A DNA stretch of 61,849 bases, the filler included, from Diploschistes diacapsis (taxonomy: Eukaryota), in assembly GCA_023645945.1 (NCBI GenBank). It is 15 parts of 15 records of this genome, joined end to end, with 100 filler letters (N's around TTAATTAATTAA, not from the genome) between each part and the next. Parts side by side here need not be neighbours in the genome. Positions count along the whole stretch, not along the records: positions 35,779 to 38,305 come from JALAIB010002172.1; positions 38,406 to 40,931 come from JALAIB010002173.1; positions 41,032 to 43,556 come from JALAIB010002174.1; positions 43,657 to 46,180 come from JALAIB010002175.1; positions 46,281 to 48,803 come from JALAIB010002176.1; positions 48,904 to 51,421 come from JALAIB010002177.1; 9 more parts are not named here. One strand, written 5' to 3'. Positions 36,838 through 48,984 of the stretch are shown one piece after another. Both the position numbers and the translations under genes were made by a program. The notes beneath the pieces were generated by a model. It worked only from the letters and a program-made list of their open reading frames with translations. It did no database searches and was not told where the DNA came from. Position 1 is the stretch's first letter; the number at the start of each line of letters is the position of its first letter.

Positions 36838-37117
36838 TGTTAAACAGGTAAACGGAAGGTATGGCTGTAAGCTCGGCTTGTTTTAAGAGGTTTATTAAGA
36901 AAACCCGGGAAATTCAGTTCGAATGAATTTACCGAAATTTAATTCAGTTTAATTCAATTAAACCTTATAGAATCCGATAGAATCATAATTAGATCGATCA
37001 GGTGTAATATGGGCAATAAAACTTAACGAGTCCCGTGAGATATAAAAGTCTGCACAGTAGGATTACTTCCTAGGATAAGACCTCTAGACTTCAATATATC
37101 CATTACGTTGCCAAACA
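36838..37117. mobile_element. Probable full-length LTR of family D (about 280 bp)
   Basis: TGTTAAACA...TGCCAAACA ends, preceded by purine-rich AAAGGAA. The right part matches 2385 and 30524; the left boundary is inferred. Confidence 0.55.
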
Positions 37118-37460
37118 TTCGCCTTTAATATCGCTCGTTAACGTTCGACGTATAAAACGATTAAGTTTTCGAATAAAAATTAGCTTCGAAGCTTTTAAAA
37201 ACGTTATTTAATATTTAAATCACGACGAGTAAAAATAATCATTTAAAACCGTCACGAAAATAATATTTATAATAAGATAATATATTAATTTAAAATAATT
37301 AAGAAAATATTATAAAATCCGATTATCTTTTTAAAAATATTTATAATATAAACGAGATTAAAAATTATATTAAATATATTAAATTCGATTTAAGTTTTTA
37401 TAAACAAAAATAGTTCGCGAAATTATAAAAACGTAAATTATTAATATTATATAAAATTTC
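37118..37460 (+). mobile_element. Extremely AT-rich pogo/Fot1 DDE remnant
   Basis: About 37340-37400 reads YNINEIK..ILNILNSI*V, resembling YNMDETGxMLxxLGSxKV after G>A changes. Confidence 0.5.
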
Positions 37461-38405
37461 TTTTAATTTCTTTTTAAGCTGTAAATATTAAAAACAAATA
37501 TAGCAACGAGATAGAATAAGATGTTCGATTTAGAAAGAAATAAAGAAAAAAAGGAATCAAGAGAACAGAAGATTAAGGATACGGATGTAATTCTAATTTC
37601 TAAAAGACTCGGTTGAAAACGAGTAGCGCTTTCCAGACTCTATTTCAAAACGAGCTGAATGCGATGCTAAAACAGCCATATATCTTGGCAATACAAGCTA
37701 AAAAGTGTTACTTGTTTTTAAAACCGGGGAGCCGTAAAGCGCTACTTGTTTTCAATACATTAGAGACGCTAGCCTAAAGAAAGGTGGTAACCTATCTTCG
37801 TAAAACAGTAACCTAAACCTCTCTTTTCGAGAGCCAAATTACCGTCCATATAGCAAATCCGCGTTCAAAGAGTTTATATCCCGAATCATTGTTTTCGAGA
37901 TATCTTCATTAAAGTTACCCCATTGAATCTTTTAAGCACGCCGCTATTGTTTTTTTTTTTTCCAAATCCGTCAAAAATGTTTGCTGACGGGTTCTTCCAC
38001 CGCTAATCATCGCTACCGGAATTCCCCATCACCTCCTGCCGCCACGCCTACGCCCGCATCCAGATTGGGACGCGGAGAGAGAGAGGTTCGAGTCATTGGT
38101 ACCTCACATCGCATGTTTGATGGGGCGATGAGCTACATGTTCCGATATGATACGATGCTCTGCGCCGACCATGCTGGTTCAGCGAATGGTTACTGGGGTA
38201 TCGTGGTTCACATCTGCCGCTTACTAGTGTAAACATAAAACGTTGATGGCCAGTAGTCGGTGGTCGGGCGTGGTCCATATAGAGGATACCTCTTCCCCCC
38301 TCTCCNNNNNNNNNNNNNNNNNNNNNNNNNNNNNNNNNNNNNNNNNNNNTTAATTAATTAANNNNNNNNNNNNNNNNNNNNNNNNNNNNNNNNNNNNNNN
38401 NNNNN

Positions 38406-38610
38406 TTTTTACGGATATTATATTATAATAAAAGTACGGACACGGATATTACGATTAAAAATTTTAAAACACGGATACTTCTACGGATATTATATTGCAA
38501 TAAAAGCACGGACACGGACACTACGGCTAAATATTTTAAAACACGGATACTGCCACGGCCGTGTCCGTGGCACGGATACGGCCGTGTCAGTATCCGTGAC
38601 GGCCAGCCTA
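38406..38610. mobile_element. Right arm of the hAT-like MITE family
   Basis: ACACGG/ACGGATA repeats ending ...GACGGCCAGCCTA; cut by the contig start. Confidence 0.8.
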
Positions 38611-39612
38611 TTTTGTAGTTCTTGTCGATGTAGTCGTATATGAAGCTATGGTTTTGATGTTGAGTGTCGTGTAAAATATGTTCGTAGTATTATTCGAACG
38701 TTGCGTTTGTGATTAGTTTATTGTATAAGACATACTTCCCGTCTTAATATATTGAATATTCGCAGCGGAAATCCTTACATTTATTTAGGTATTTAAGGTT
38801 TAAGTAATTCAGATTATTGATAATAGTTTTCTTATTCTATCATTATTATATAAGTAAGTTCTATAATTCTTGTCGGTGCAATCGTATATAAAGCTATAGT
38901 TTTAATATTAGATGTCGTGTAAAACATATTTATAATATCGTTTAAACGTTACGTTTATGATTAGTTTGCCGTATAGAACATATTTCTTATTTTAATGTGT
39001 TAAGTATTCGCAGCGGAAATCTTTATATTCGTTTAAATATTCGTAGTTTGGGTGATTTCGATTATTAGTAACGAGAGCTTTTTTTCGAAAGTATTCCTTT
39101 TTAGTACTAACACGGTTATTAATACGAAATTCGTACGATGCGTTTTCGTTTAGATTGTTGTTTAAAGGTTTTTAGGTATTTAATTTAGTTTTAAGGATCG
39201 GATAATATATTTATATTTCCGTAAATAACCGTTTTATCGTTTCTTTATATTTCGTTGTATCTTCCGGAATATTGTTGTTCTTCGAAATTTCGTTTATTGA
39301 TATCAAGATTAATAAAGGCGTGGTTTCGATATCTTTATCAATAGAATCGTCGGTGTCGTTTTGCTAGGCTGTGGTGTCCGATTTAATTATAACTTCTTTT
39401 TAAGATTGTCCGTCGGTCGGACAGTCCTTTGTAGGGATAATTGTAGTTACGTTGAAATGGTGATCTGTCGCGGTTAGGATATCTTTTTTAGCGATTTTGT
39501 TCTTAGATCTATAATCTCGAGCGAAGTGGTTTATCTTGTTATATTTAAAGCATTTCTTTTCTTTAATTAAAGATTCCCCGTTGAGTATTTTAGCCCCTTT
39601 CTTCTGATTTGG
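38611..39612 (-). mobile_element. RIP-degenerate retrotransposon gag region with an internal ~248-bp tandem duplication
   Basis: About 39560-39510 reads KCFKYNKINHFARDY (CX2CX4HX4C after reverting G>A). CGCAGCGGAAATC occurs at 38761 and 39009 within two colinear blocks. Confidence 0.7.
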
Positions 39613-40909
39613 TGGAACATCCTGAACGTTTATGGGTTCAGGAGTTGAACCCTGGTAGGGCTGGTAGGGCTGGCACCCAGACTATTTATATGTGCCCTGC
39701 TCCCACCTAGATAGTTCCTTCTTCACCTTTTCGAATCTGAACCATTCAGCCTACAGATTGCAGCTACACGTGATCCTTCTAGATTAAGCACAGCCCCTGG
39801 TTATGTAATATTCCTGTAGGGGCGTTCTACATTCGAAAAAATCTTTCAAAACTACCTATTCGGCTTAGGATCTGAAGTATTCAGTTTACGTCATTTACCT
39901 ACCTACCTACCTATTTACGAAAAGAATCTAGACCTAATCTTATTTAATGCTACCTACGCGAGCTGGCGCGTTTTTGAAGATGAAGGTCTACGACACCTAG
40001 GAGCGACGAAAAACCTCTTACGACACCCACCAGAAGCGACGAAAACCTCTTACGACAAATAATAGATCGATAAATCAGAATTTTCGATCTAATTAGTATT
40101 CAGTTATAATTATAATTAAAATACTAAATCTAATCTTATCTATCGCGATAAAACATTATTTAAGCGAATAACCTGATAATAATAGATCTACGTACGACAT
40201 CTATTTAAAACGACGAAAAGCTTCTACGAAAAATTTACGATAAATAGATCGACGAATTAGAAACCACGATTTAATTAATTAGAATAAAAGAGCTTAAGGT
40301 CTTATATAAATTGAATATATTTTTTGAACCTTTCGAACCTTTATTTTATCGATAAACAAACCTTTATTCACTATTTTTCGAAAGCGGTTTCTGCTGCCAT
40401 GTTTACTGCTGCTATTACTGCTTTTCGTTCTGGGAATCGCCTGTTTTCAGTACTATTAGTCTAACAGCACCCATTTACGACGCCGAAACTTAAGAGGAGT
40501 AAAATCGGGCACGTGTCTACGTGTAATACGGGTTAAAAAGAATAAAAAGAAAAGGAACTGAACTAAGCCGAAAAGAATATTAAAGTATGAGAGGACTAAA
40601 AGTAGATATCCGAATTAAGAAAGAAAGAATAAGGGTTTTGTTTTGTTTTGTTTTGTTATTAGGGGACAGCAACAGTTTGGAAAGGGAGATAGTAGAACAT
40701 CCTGAACGTTTATAGGTTTAGGAGTTGAACCTTAGTAGGGCTGGTAGGGCTAGCATCTAGACTATTTATATATGCCTTGCTCCCATCTAAATAGTTCCTT
40801 CTTCACCTTTTCGAATCTGAACCATTCAGCCTACAGATTGCAGCTACACGTGATCCTTCCAGATTAGGCACAGCCCCTGGTTGTGTAGTATTCCTGTAGG
40901 GGCGTTCTA
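39613..40909 (+). mobile_element. Non-autonomous miniature LTR element (TRIM-like), family A, 1297 bp
   Basis: 217-bp direct LTRs at 39613-39829 and 40693-40909; TSD TTTGG on both sides; PPT GGAAAGGGAGATAG before the 3' LTR; 863-bp interior without an ORF. Confidence 0.92.
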
Positions 40910-41292
40910 TTTGGGCGGGGTTTGTTAGTTANNNNNNNNNNNNNNNNNNNNNNNNNNNNNNNNNNNNNNNNNNNNTTAATTAATTAANNNNNNNNNNNNN
41001 NNNNNNNNNNNNNNNNNNNNNNNNNNNNNNNAGTTATAAGTTAAAAACACGTAAAAGAGAAGGAGGTGGGCGGATGACTTGTGTGGGCGGGCATATGACT
41101 TATGAAATATGTTACTTATCAAGGGTTCTTATATAAATCGTCATCGTCGATGTTTTAATGTTCCATTCTCAACGTATGAGTACCACATACTTCATTAAGG
41201 CACATAGAATCTATCTTGCCGTTGAGAAGTGCGTTATCCGTAGCTATAATACAGATAACATAACTTTTGATCAACGCCAGGCTTCCAGCAGT

Positions 41293-42301
41293 TCATGCTG
41301 GCTGCTCATACGCGCGTCTTATAACCCTTGCAAATTCTACTTTAGTTAGCAAGCGGCGTATCAGGATGCTGTAGGGAGTGCTGCAAGCTTACGATCAAAT
41401 TGCACGTTCTCTCGAACCACAGTGCCTTTTGCCTCATTCTCTTTATTGACAGGAATAACTACTGTGCCCCCTTTACCGCCGTTGATGCTTTCTATATCCA
41501 GGCCCCAACCGCAGATGTCCGAAATGAACTTATCAAAATCTTGACCTTTCAGTTGTAGCCAGCTTTCCAGCACTGCTCGTTCAACCTCACGACAGCTTTG
41601 CCCCACTGTGACAGCGATCCGAACGCGCATGAGCTCCTCGAATCCACTAACGTCAGCCGTGAGATCAGCATATAGATCATCACTATCAAGTGTAGTCCAG
41701 AAGCCCTTGTAATTCGCTTCCGAAAGAAGCGTATTCAGTGTCGTTAGTTTCTGGACTGCTTCTGAGAGCGGCGCGTCGCCTGCTGCTGGTAGTGAAGAGG
41801 CTGTCGAAGTCGGGTGGAGGATATGCGGCGGAAGTAGGTGCAGACACAATGCAAAATCCGGCGTAGGGAAAACGGTCAAAGCCTTGACTAGAATATTTGT
41901 GATGGTCTCTTCGCGAGTGAGGTGTGGATTGAACTGATATCTGAAGTACGCCCTGTTAGCTGAGGTTTTCTCCGGTCATACTACTTCAGATACGCCAATA
42001 GGAATACTCAATCAGATAGAGCTAATAACGTTCGCTTCAGGAGCAGGGACTATAATGGACTCTGCTGATTCAGGTAATAGGAAACGTATTTGATCATCAT
42101 AGACCTTACTGATCGATTAGGAAGTCCTCACAGTTTAAGAAGAGCAAGATTGGCATAGCAGTCGTAAGTTCGATCTTCGCACTGTTGAACCACGTAGTCT
42201 TGAAATATGCTTGTTGTTTCTGGGTTATAACGATCAAGCCCGTTCAGTATATCGTCGATGTTGTGAGGCCTTTCTTGCGCAGTATCGAATGACTGACCCA
42301 T
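41293..42301 (-). CDS. eIF3k: Eukaryotic translation initiation factor 3 subunit K
   Basis: Exons 42301-42132, 41940-41393 and 41336-41293. Reads [43 protein letters not shown] and [20 protein letters not shown]. Confidence 0.95.
42008..42105 (-). ncRNA. Intronic box C/D snoRNA with an 18S guide (SNORD44-like) and a 25S guide
   Basis: Lies in the 191-nt eIF3k intron 1. Box C ATGATGA (42100-42094). D' CTGA is preceded by ACGTTTCCTATTA. Box D CTGA (42015-42012) is preceded by TATTAGCTCTA, complementary to conserved 18S UAGAGCUAAUA. Confidence 0.85.
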
Positions 42302-42646
42302 CTTCATCTAGAGATTTGTTTGAGAAGAGGAGATATGCAGCGAGGAAAGAAAATTTGGTCAAGCTTGATGGGTTCTGATACAAACTTGGTATTACCTCCA
42401 TAAGTAGTCCCCACAGGGACCAAGGGAGCCAATTATTATCTAGGATGGGATGCTTATTACTTAGCTAATCAAATAATGACATGGCATTATATTTTAACTA
42501 CTTTTAAAAGGATCTTTTTTATATACAGCATCTCTGAGGCCCAACCCTTATTTTATTAAAGTTCCCTACCAGACCTGTACTCAATAACCAGGTATTTGAA
42601 TATGAAAGCCAATAACGTGTTTCTCGGTCAGCTCGGCCACCCCCAA

Positions 42647-42819
42647 TGTAACAGCGGGGGTAGTGCCTAATAGGTAGCAACTATCCCACTGAGCCAAAAG
42701 ACTGAACACAATGCTTTCAGAAACCCCGAAAGCACTGTTTCCCTATTACACTATATGTAGGTGCGTGGCTGTGGCAGCAGGGGGACGTGAACCCCGGTGC
42801 GCACACTACGGGCGTTACA
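42647..42819 (-). mobile_element. Solo LTR, family B (173 bp)
   Basis: TGTAAC...GTTACA with TSD CCCAA (42642-46, 42820-24). Confidence 0.93.
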
Positions 42820-43220
42820 CCCAAAGCTCGGCCACTTCAAATTACTACCGCTAACATTCTACGGTTTTTAAAAACAACCTATTCGTCGCAATTAGAATTT
42901 AATCGATCTAAATCGAATTTATTTTCTTCCTTTTCATCCTTCTCGATTTTAAAAACGCGATAACGTTTTTTACGCGTTATAAATCATTTTGAAATTATCC
43001 GATTCAATTTAACCCGAATTATTATTTTAAAAACTTCGTTTATATTAATGATAAATATAACCGAAAAGATTCGACGCGAACGTATTCGATTCAATTGGAA
43101 TTTAAAAATTACGATCGCGAATCTTTAATTTATCGATAAATATTAAGTATCGCGATTTTACAAATGATTTGTTAAAATTACTAATCTTTAGACGAAATAA
43201 ATCGAGTCGAATAAATTTAA

Positions 43221-43392
43221 TGTAACAGCGGGGGTAATGCCTAATAGGTAGCAACTATCCCACTGAGCCAAAAGACTGAACACAATGCTTTCAGGAACCC
43301 CGAAGCACTATTTCCCTATTACACTATATGTAGGTGCGTGGCTGTGGCAGCAGGGGGATCTGAACCCCGGTGCGCACACTTCGGGCGTTACA
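43221..43392 (-). mobile_element. Solo LTR, family B (172 bp)
   Basis: TGTAAC...GTTACA with TSD TTTAA (43216-20, 43393-97). Confidence 0.93.
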
Positions 43393-43443
43393 TTTAATAC
43401 GATAAGTTACGAAGCTATATAACGGTGATTCGATATAGTAATA

Positions 43444-43556
43444 ACATCACGAAAAGTTTTTCAAGCAAAAAAAAATTTCTGGCGAAACTGGCGAAACTGG
43501 CGAATCCGGCGAAGATGGCGAGGCCAATCATTTTATTACGTAATCAAAAAATAAAA
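43444..43556. repeat. Dispersed repeat with GGCGAAACT 9-bp units
   Basis: Reverse-complement match to 59675-59880. Confidence 0.75.
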
Positions 43557-43791
43557 NNNNNNNNNNNNNNNNNNNNNNNNNNNNNNNNNNNNNNNNNNNN
43601 TTAATTAATTAANNNNNNNNNNNNNNNNNNNNNNNNNNNNNNNNNNNNNNNNNNNNCCCTTTACACCCAGCCATCCCCTGGCTTCACTTTGTCTATGCGT
43701 AAAAGTTCGTCGTTTGGGGGCTCTTTCGCTTTAGCGAAAGGTAAAGGCAAAGGGAAAACCGCTAACATCTGAATTTTCCCGTTTTCCACAG

Positions 43792-44024
43792 AGAACGAAA
43801 AGCTGCCCACGAAACTCGGATGGTCGACGCGCCCCACGGAGCTCACAATGCAGGGTCTGCTGGACGCTATTCAGAAGGTGGAGCTTGCTACGGGAGGAGA
43901 GTTCCCTTACCCGGTACCGTCGAACTCTTCTTCTTCTTCTTCTTCTTCCTCATCGTCATCGTCATCGTCAACTGGAGGGAAGAAGAGGGCGCTGCTGCAT
44001 GCGGGGATGGAGGTGTCGGTCTGA
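43792..44024 (+). CDS. Probable last exon of a heme-thiolate peroxygenase/chloroperoxidase-family gene
   Basis: After the branch site GCTAAC and acceptor CACAG it reads xNEKLPTKLGW (family motif ENERLPxxLGW), then a Ser run and a stop. The rest of the gene is off the contig. Confidence 0.5.
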
Positions 44025-47000
44025 ATGGTAAGAAGAGGGGTGGGGGATAGTCGCTAAGAGTATATAGCAGGGATGTTTTGTCGATCATTCTTTTTCGTAG
44101 AGTTGGGTTATTTACATATATGTACGCTTCATTGGATACAAATTGAGCGTTTTTGTCAAGCTTATCCGTCTCTTTTCTGCTCCTTCAGCTCGAAGAACTC
44201 GAACCCAGAAGTTTGGTTGTATCCGACCAATAATCTATCTCATCTCGCAATATCCCAGGAGCTGGCTAGATTGGTAGCCACTGCGAAGATATGCAGCTTC
44301 GCAGTCGCCTCAGGCCCTCGAGTCAGCGATCCCCCTAATTTTTGGAAAGCTGCACTGAGCAATCCTCCACCTCGACGAGCGCCAGGAACTACCAAGTGGA
44401 AAGGAGCTCTACAAGCTGAAGCCACTGGGGAATCTCCACCCTCTCCAAAGTGCGACGGTAGGGCCGATTGGGCGGTTGTACGAGATGCCTTCAATCTTAT
44501 AAGCAAGAAATGGGAGACACCGGGTGGTTTGACAACGCGGAGAGAGGGAAGCTCCCTGAAATCCCGCAAACCTGGATGAGGCATTCCTTCTTCCCATAGC
44601 TTCATGTCTTCTCGCTATAGGATGGAATATCTGACTGGCCTGTGTCCTTTTTTTTTGGTTTTGCCAAAGAGTAGCATTCGGACCGAGAGCGCAAGATGGC
44701 GCTCAATCGAGGTTTAAAACGCCTAGCTGACGGTGGATAAGATTTGCATCGTCTACCCTTGCTTCCGCAGTTGGTAGGTGTGTTAACGGCGAATCAAGAC
44801 CAACCGAGACTCCGATGATCTTCGCTGAGCGGTGAGGGATATATACCCCCCCCCCCTTTTACCAGTAGCCACTTCCTGAAAAAGATGATTTAGGCAGCAG
44901 CGTGGTTCTTGTATTCATCGTGTCCTTGACCAATGACGGAGCGGCGGAATACAGGACGAGTTTGAACGAATGGCGATTGCTGCGGGTTAACAGCGATATG
45001 GTTCGAGGGGATCTGAGTCTCATCTGAGAAATAATGCCCACCGAGGTGCTAGGCTTGTGCAGAGAGTATCCCCAGCATGAAAATCCTGAAAGGCGAGGCC
45101 GACGAATGAAATTACCTCTTTGGGTAGACCAAGTCGTATCTTCACCGCTAAACGATATAAGAGGACCTGCAAGTTGCATCGCATTGATGACTCAAGCAGA
45201 GCCGTTCCCATTTCTTCCTCGCCCCCTGCAGTCTTTTTGACACAATAATGGCTTTTGAGTAGAGGTAGATATCTGCGCTTGAACTTCCAATCCTCTCTTG
45301 TCGAGTCTATGTCAATTCTTATCCAGGAACGGACTAATCTCCTAGCATATGAATCGTACAGTGGAAGGTATAGACGAGAATTAGCAGCACATAAATCTAA
45401 CGTTAGCGCTGATATCTTCAAGCTTACTCCGGGTGAATATGGCACTATATTCTGTAAGGTTGTCACGGTGATGATAGTGAAGAAGAGATTACAAAGCCGT
45501 GTTAATAGCAATTCTTCGATATAATTCGACTTCATGATACTCGATCACTTTAATAGGGATAGGTACCTGCTGTGCTGTTGCAGGTCCAGTCTCTCACATG
45601 CAATCGTTGCTGCTTCCACTGCTGAAGTAACAAGAATCACGATGACCAGCATAACTTTATTATCATAAGCATTGGTAATACCTCCAATGATACGAAATCG
45701 AAGACGGCTGCAGAGGCAACCTCCCATCTCTCTATACCACCTTCGCGCCACTCTTGGAGACTTGGCTGGAGGAAGTCAGAGTCCGTTTGATGGACTGGCA
45801 CCCTTGTATCATATCTTGTATAGCAAGACTTGCTACAAGCCTCGACGTTGATGGGACACTAAGGTGAGAGCACGATATCACAGCAGGAGCCGATTGGAAT
45901 CGCGCTGATGCAAATGATGGTTCCTTGCCGTGGAATTGTTCATGCTTCATGGGGAGAATGTGTAGGATCAAGAATCAAACTGATAATTGTGTGGAGCCTG
46001 TGGAGATGCTTTGAGGGGATAACTAATCCCTCGGAATATCGGGGGGCAGTTATTCTGACCGAAATAAACGCTATTACATAAGTAAATTATCGGAGTTGAC
46101 ACTTCCGATCTTTCTGAATTTTCTATGTCTTCCCACTACATCTCAATATACGTGCACGGTTTATTTGAAGCAAAGAATATNNNNNNNNNNNNNNNNNNNN
46201 NNNNNNNNNNNNNNNNNNNNNNNNTTAATTAATTAANNNNNNNNNNNNNNNNNNNNNNNNNNNNNNNNNNNNNNNNNNNNGGCCGTGCGAGCGACGATCG
46301 ATCGATCTGCATTTACAAGTTGATTTTGGGGCCCCTGGATCCCGAGGGCTTGGGGGAATTGAGGGCTTGGGACCTGGGCGAGCTGGGAACCGAGAGTCGA
46401 GGAGTTCCTTCTGGTAGGGAAAAGAGAGAGAGAGAGAGGGATGAAGAGCACTTGTCGATCCGAGGCGTTGATTGGTGGTCGTGCTACTAGATAGGCTGGG
46501 CACCTACTTTATCCCTATCATTTGATCTAGCATGCGTGGTGGGGGCCCCGCGGGAACGTACTACTGCTGCAATGTATCGTCCTTTTGCATCTTGGGTGCG
46601 GCAGAATGCTCGGTGCTCGGTGCTCGATGTCCATTACTGGACTCATGCAAGTGAAATCATCGGAATCAGACTTCGGGGCCGAATTCGAAGAGTGGGCTGT
46701 GGAATGTGGGAACGCGCAAGAGGATGCTGGCAACCATGGCCGAGAGCTCCAGAGGCCCAAAAAAAGAAGCTTGAGCTTGAGCGAGAGCAGGTGGTGCTCG
46801 TCGAGGGGTCCCAATCTGGCTTGTAAAAAAGCCACCAGATACCGAGTAACGCAATTTTTACCATCACAATCTCTACCGTCGCAAAAATTGCCCCACAAGT
46901 TCCACCAACGATATACCCGGGAGCAAAGGTATCTAGCGAATACCCACTACGTGCTCTGAAACGGCATGGCTTCCAGCTAAACATTTAGCAACCTGGAGCA

Positions 47001-48984
47001 CCGTGATATATACGGAACCTCCTCCATCGTCTGAACGGTCCAGTTGGAATGGACCCAGCTTCCATCTCTCGGATTTATCACCAATGTAAGCAATAATCGA
47101 TGACGGTATCCTGCACGAGACTGGGTACTCCTTGCTTCCCCCTGAGAGAGAGGTGCCAGTACCAACGGCGGCCGTGAGAATCTGGGAACAACACCGGCTG
47201 GAGATTTGAAGGGAGGATCTGGAAGCATAGGGGCAAGATATTGGTACCTACATAGCTGTTGCGCACAAGGGAGACTTTGACGGAGGGGCCTCCGTGCATA
47301 CCTCGCCTCTCTCGCAGCCGACTAGCCGACAGCAAGAGCTGGATGGACGGTGCGAAGGTTATCCAAGCTCCATGTATTTGCGCTCTTGTACTATACAGTC
47401 TCGTAAGCGGCAACTCGCGACTTTGCTCGCGCGATGCCACCTTTTACCCGTTAGGCACCATGCAAGCGCCGAGGCATATCGTAGGCATGTAGAGCCCCCG
47501 TGGAACAAGCATTCCGTTTATGAAGGCAGGCAAGGACGATAGCGGGATCGTGTAATGCCTGCTCTTAGATGGGCTCCGACGACTTGCGCGCTCGCAGCAA
47601 ATACAACTTCTCCTGTCGAGAATGAGATGCCTGCTCCAGGTAGCTGCCATAACAATATGCCGCAAGATCAACAATGTTCACAAGGTTACGTCCGAGAAAG
47701 CTGTTTGAAAGATCGATACCTGCGAGATGGCCGGCACCTGGACAGGGTTGGACGTGTCAAAAAAGGTGGAGAGAAATTGGGACGGCATAATGTTGCAAAG
47801 AGCGAAAGCGAAGACAGAGCCCCGCCGAGAAAGATAATATAGAAGTTAGCCCGTGGCCAAAAAAAACGAGGGGCAGACGGTCCAGAGCGTCCAGCTTTCG
47901 AAAGCACTGCATTGGGTTGTGGACATCGGTCGTCAGAGATAGAGGACCTGATACCGACCGTGCGTCCTGTTTTGGCATCCCTTGGGATCGTACAGGGTGC
48001 TCGAGCCAAGATCGCCCGGCGGCTCTAGAGCCTGCATCAGGAGGAGGCACAATTGATGCGATCCTTGCTGGAGATCTTGAAGATCTCGGTCTGCAGCCTC
48101 CGGCTCGTACACCAGCAGTGTGGATGCAGAGACGTCGTTGTGTCTTCGCTCCAGATAGCGGCATTGAAGCAGAGACAGAAGCAAAGTTCCGAAGAGCTTC
48201 GAGTGCTGTGTTTTGTGAGTGCCTCCCCGTGGCAAGCACGACGCAGGCGCTTCCTGTCGATCCCGAAGAACAGGGCCCTCATACGCGCATCCGCATATCC
48301 GCGCTGCATGCGCCAAGATCGAGCCGTCCCGAGCAAGCCCTCGTAGTTAGGTAGCTACTTCTTCGCGTCAAGGCAAGGGAACGAGAATCGTACACGCCAG
48401 ACCAATCCACAAACTCCTCGAGCCATATCACCAAGTAAAAACACACCATAACGCATCGCGTCGCATCGAGCGCTGGCATGCATGCACCGCCAGCTCAATC
48501 ACCAACAAAGGCCTTCAACAACAACAACGACGCATGCCAATCGGGCCTGGCCGTCTCGGGCTCTGCGCTGTCTGCCTGCCTGCTTGCCTACTTGCTTGCC
48601 TGCGTCCATTGACTCCCGGTTTATAATTCATGAACCACGAGCCGCAGGCCCACGGCGTCTGACATGCCGTGCCAGATACGACCCATGCCCGAGCAAAGCA
48701 GCGCAGGCACATCAGACCTTCAGCTGCCGTTGAGGTGCCGTTGAGACGCGCTGCATATCCACGGAAGTATTACTATATGTACTTCTCGGGACCTGATGGG
48801 GGGNNNNNNNNNNNNNNNNNNNNNNNNNNNNNNNNNNNNNNNNNNNNTTAATTAATTAANNNNNNNNNNNNNNNNNNNNNNNNNNNNNNNNNNNNNNNNN
48901 NNNATATTCTGGTTAACGTAGTATCGTAAATATTGTTTTAAAATTTAATTTATTTTTTTTATTTGATCATCTGTTTGTGGGTAG

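Larger units (their letters stand above)
42615..43440. mobile_element. Fot1/pogo-type terminus and degenerate body carrying two solo LTRs
   Basis: TA followed by ACGTGTTTCTCGGTCAGCTCGGCCAC with a repeated AGCTCGGCCAC. A related terminus lies in reverse at 30915-30958. The right boundary is uncertain. Confidence 0.55.

Noticed and set aside
42647..43392. Two LTR-B copies as one TRIM
   Set aside because: Each copy has its own TSD, and the outer flanks (CCCAA vs TTTAA) do not match.
44073..46180. Several 60-170 aa ORFs on both strands
   Set aside because: No recognisable motif or consistent splice model; left unassigned.
46281..48803. Dense overlapping ORFs in a GC-normal contig
   Set aside because: No domain recognised and no frame is clearly preferred; it may be intergenic or UTR sequence.
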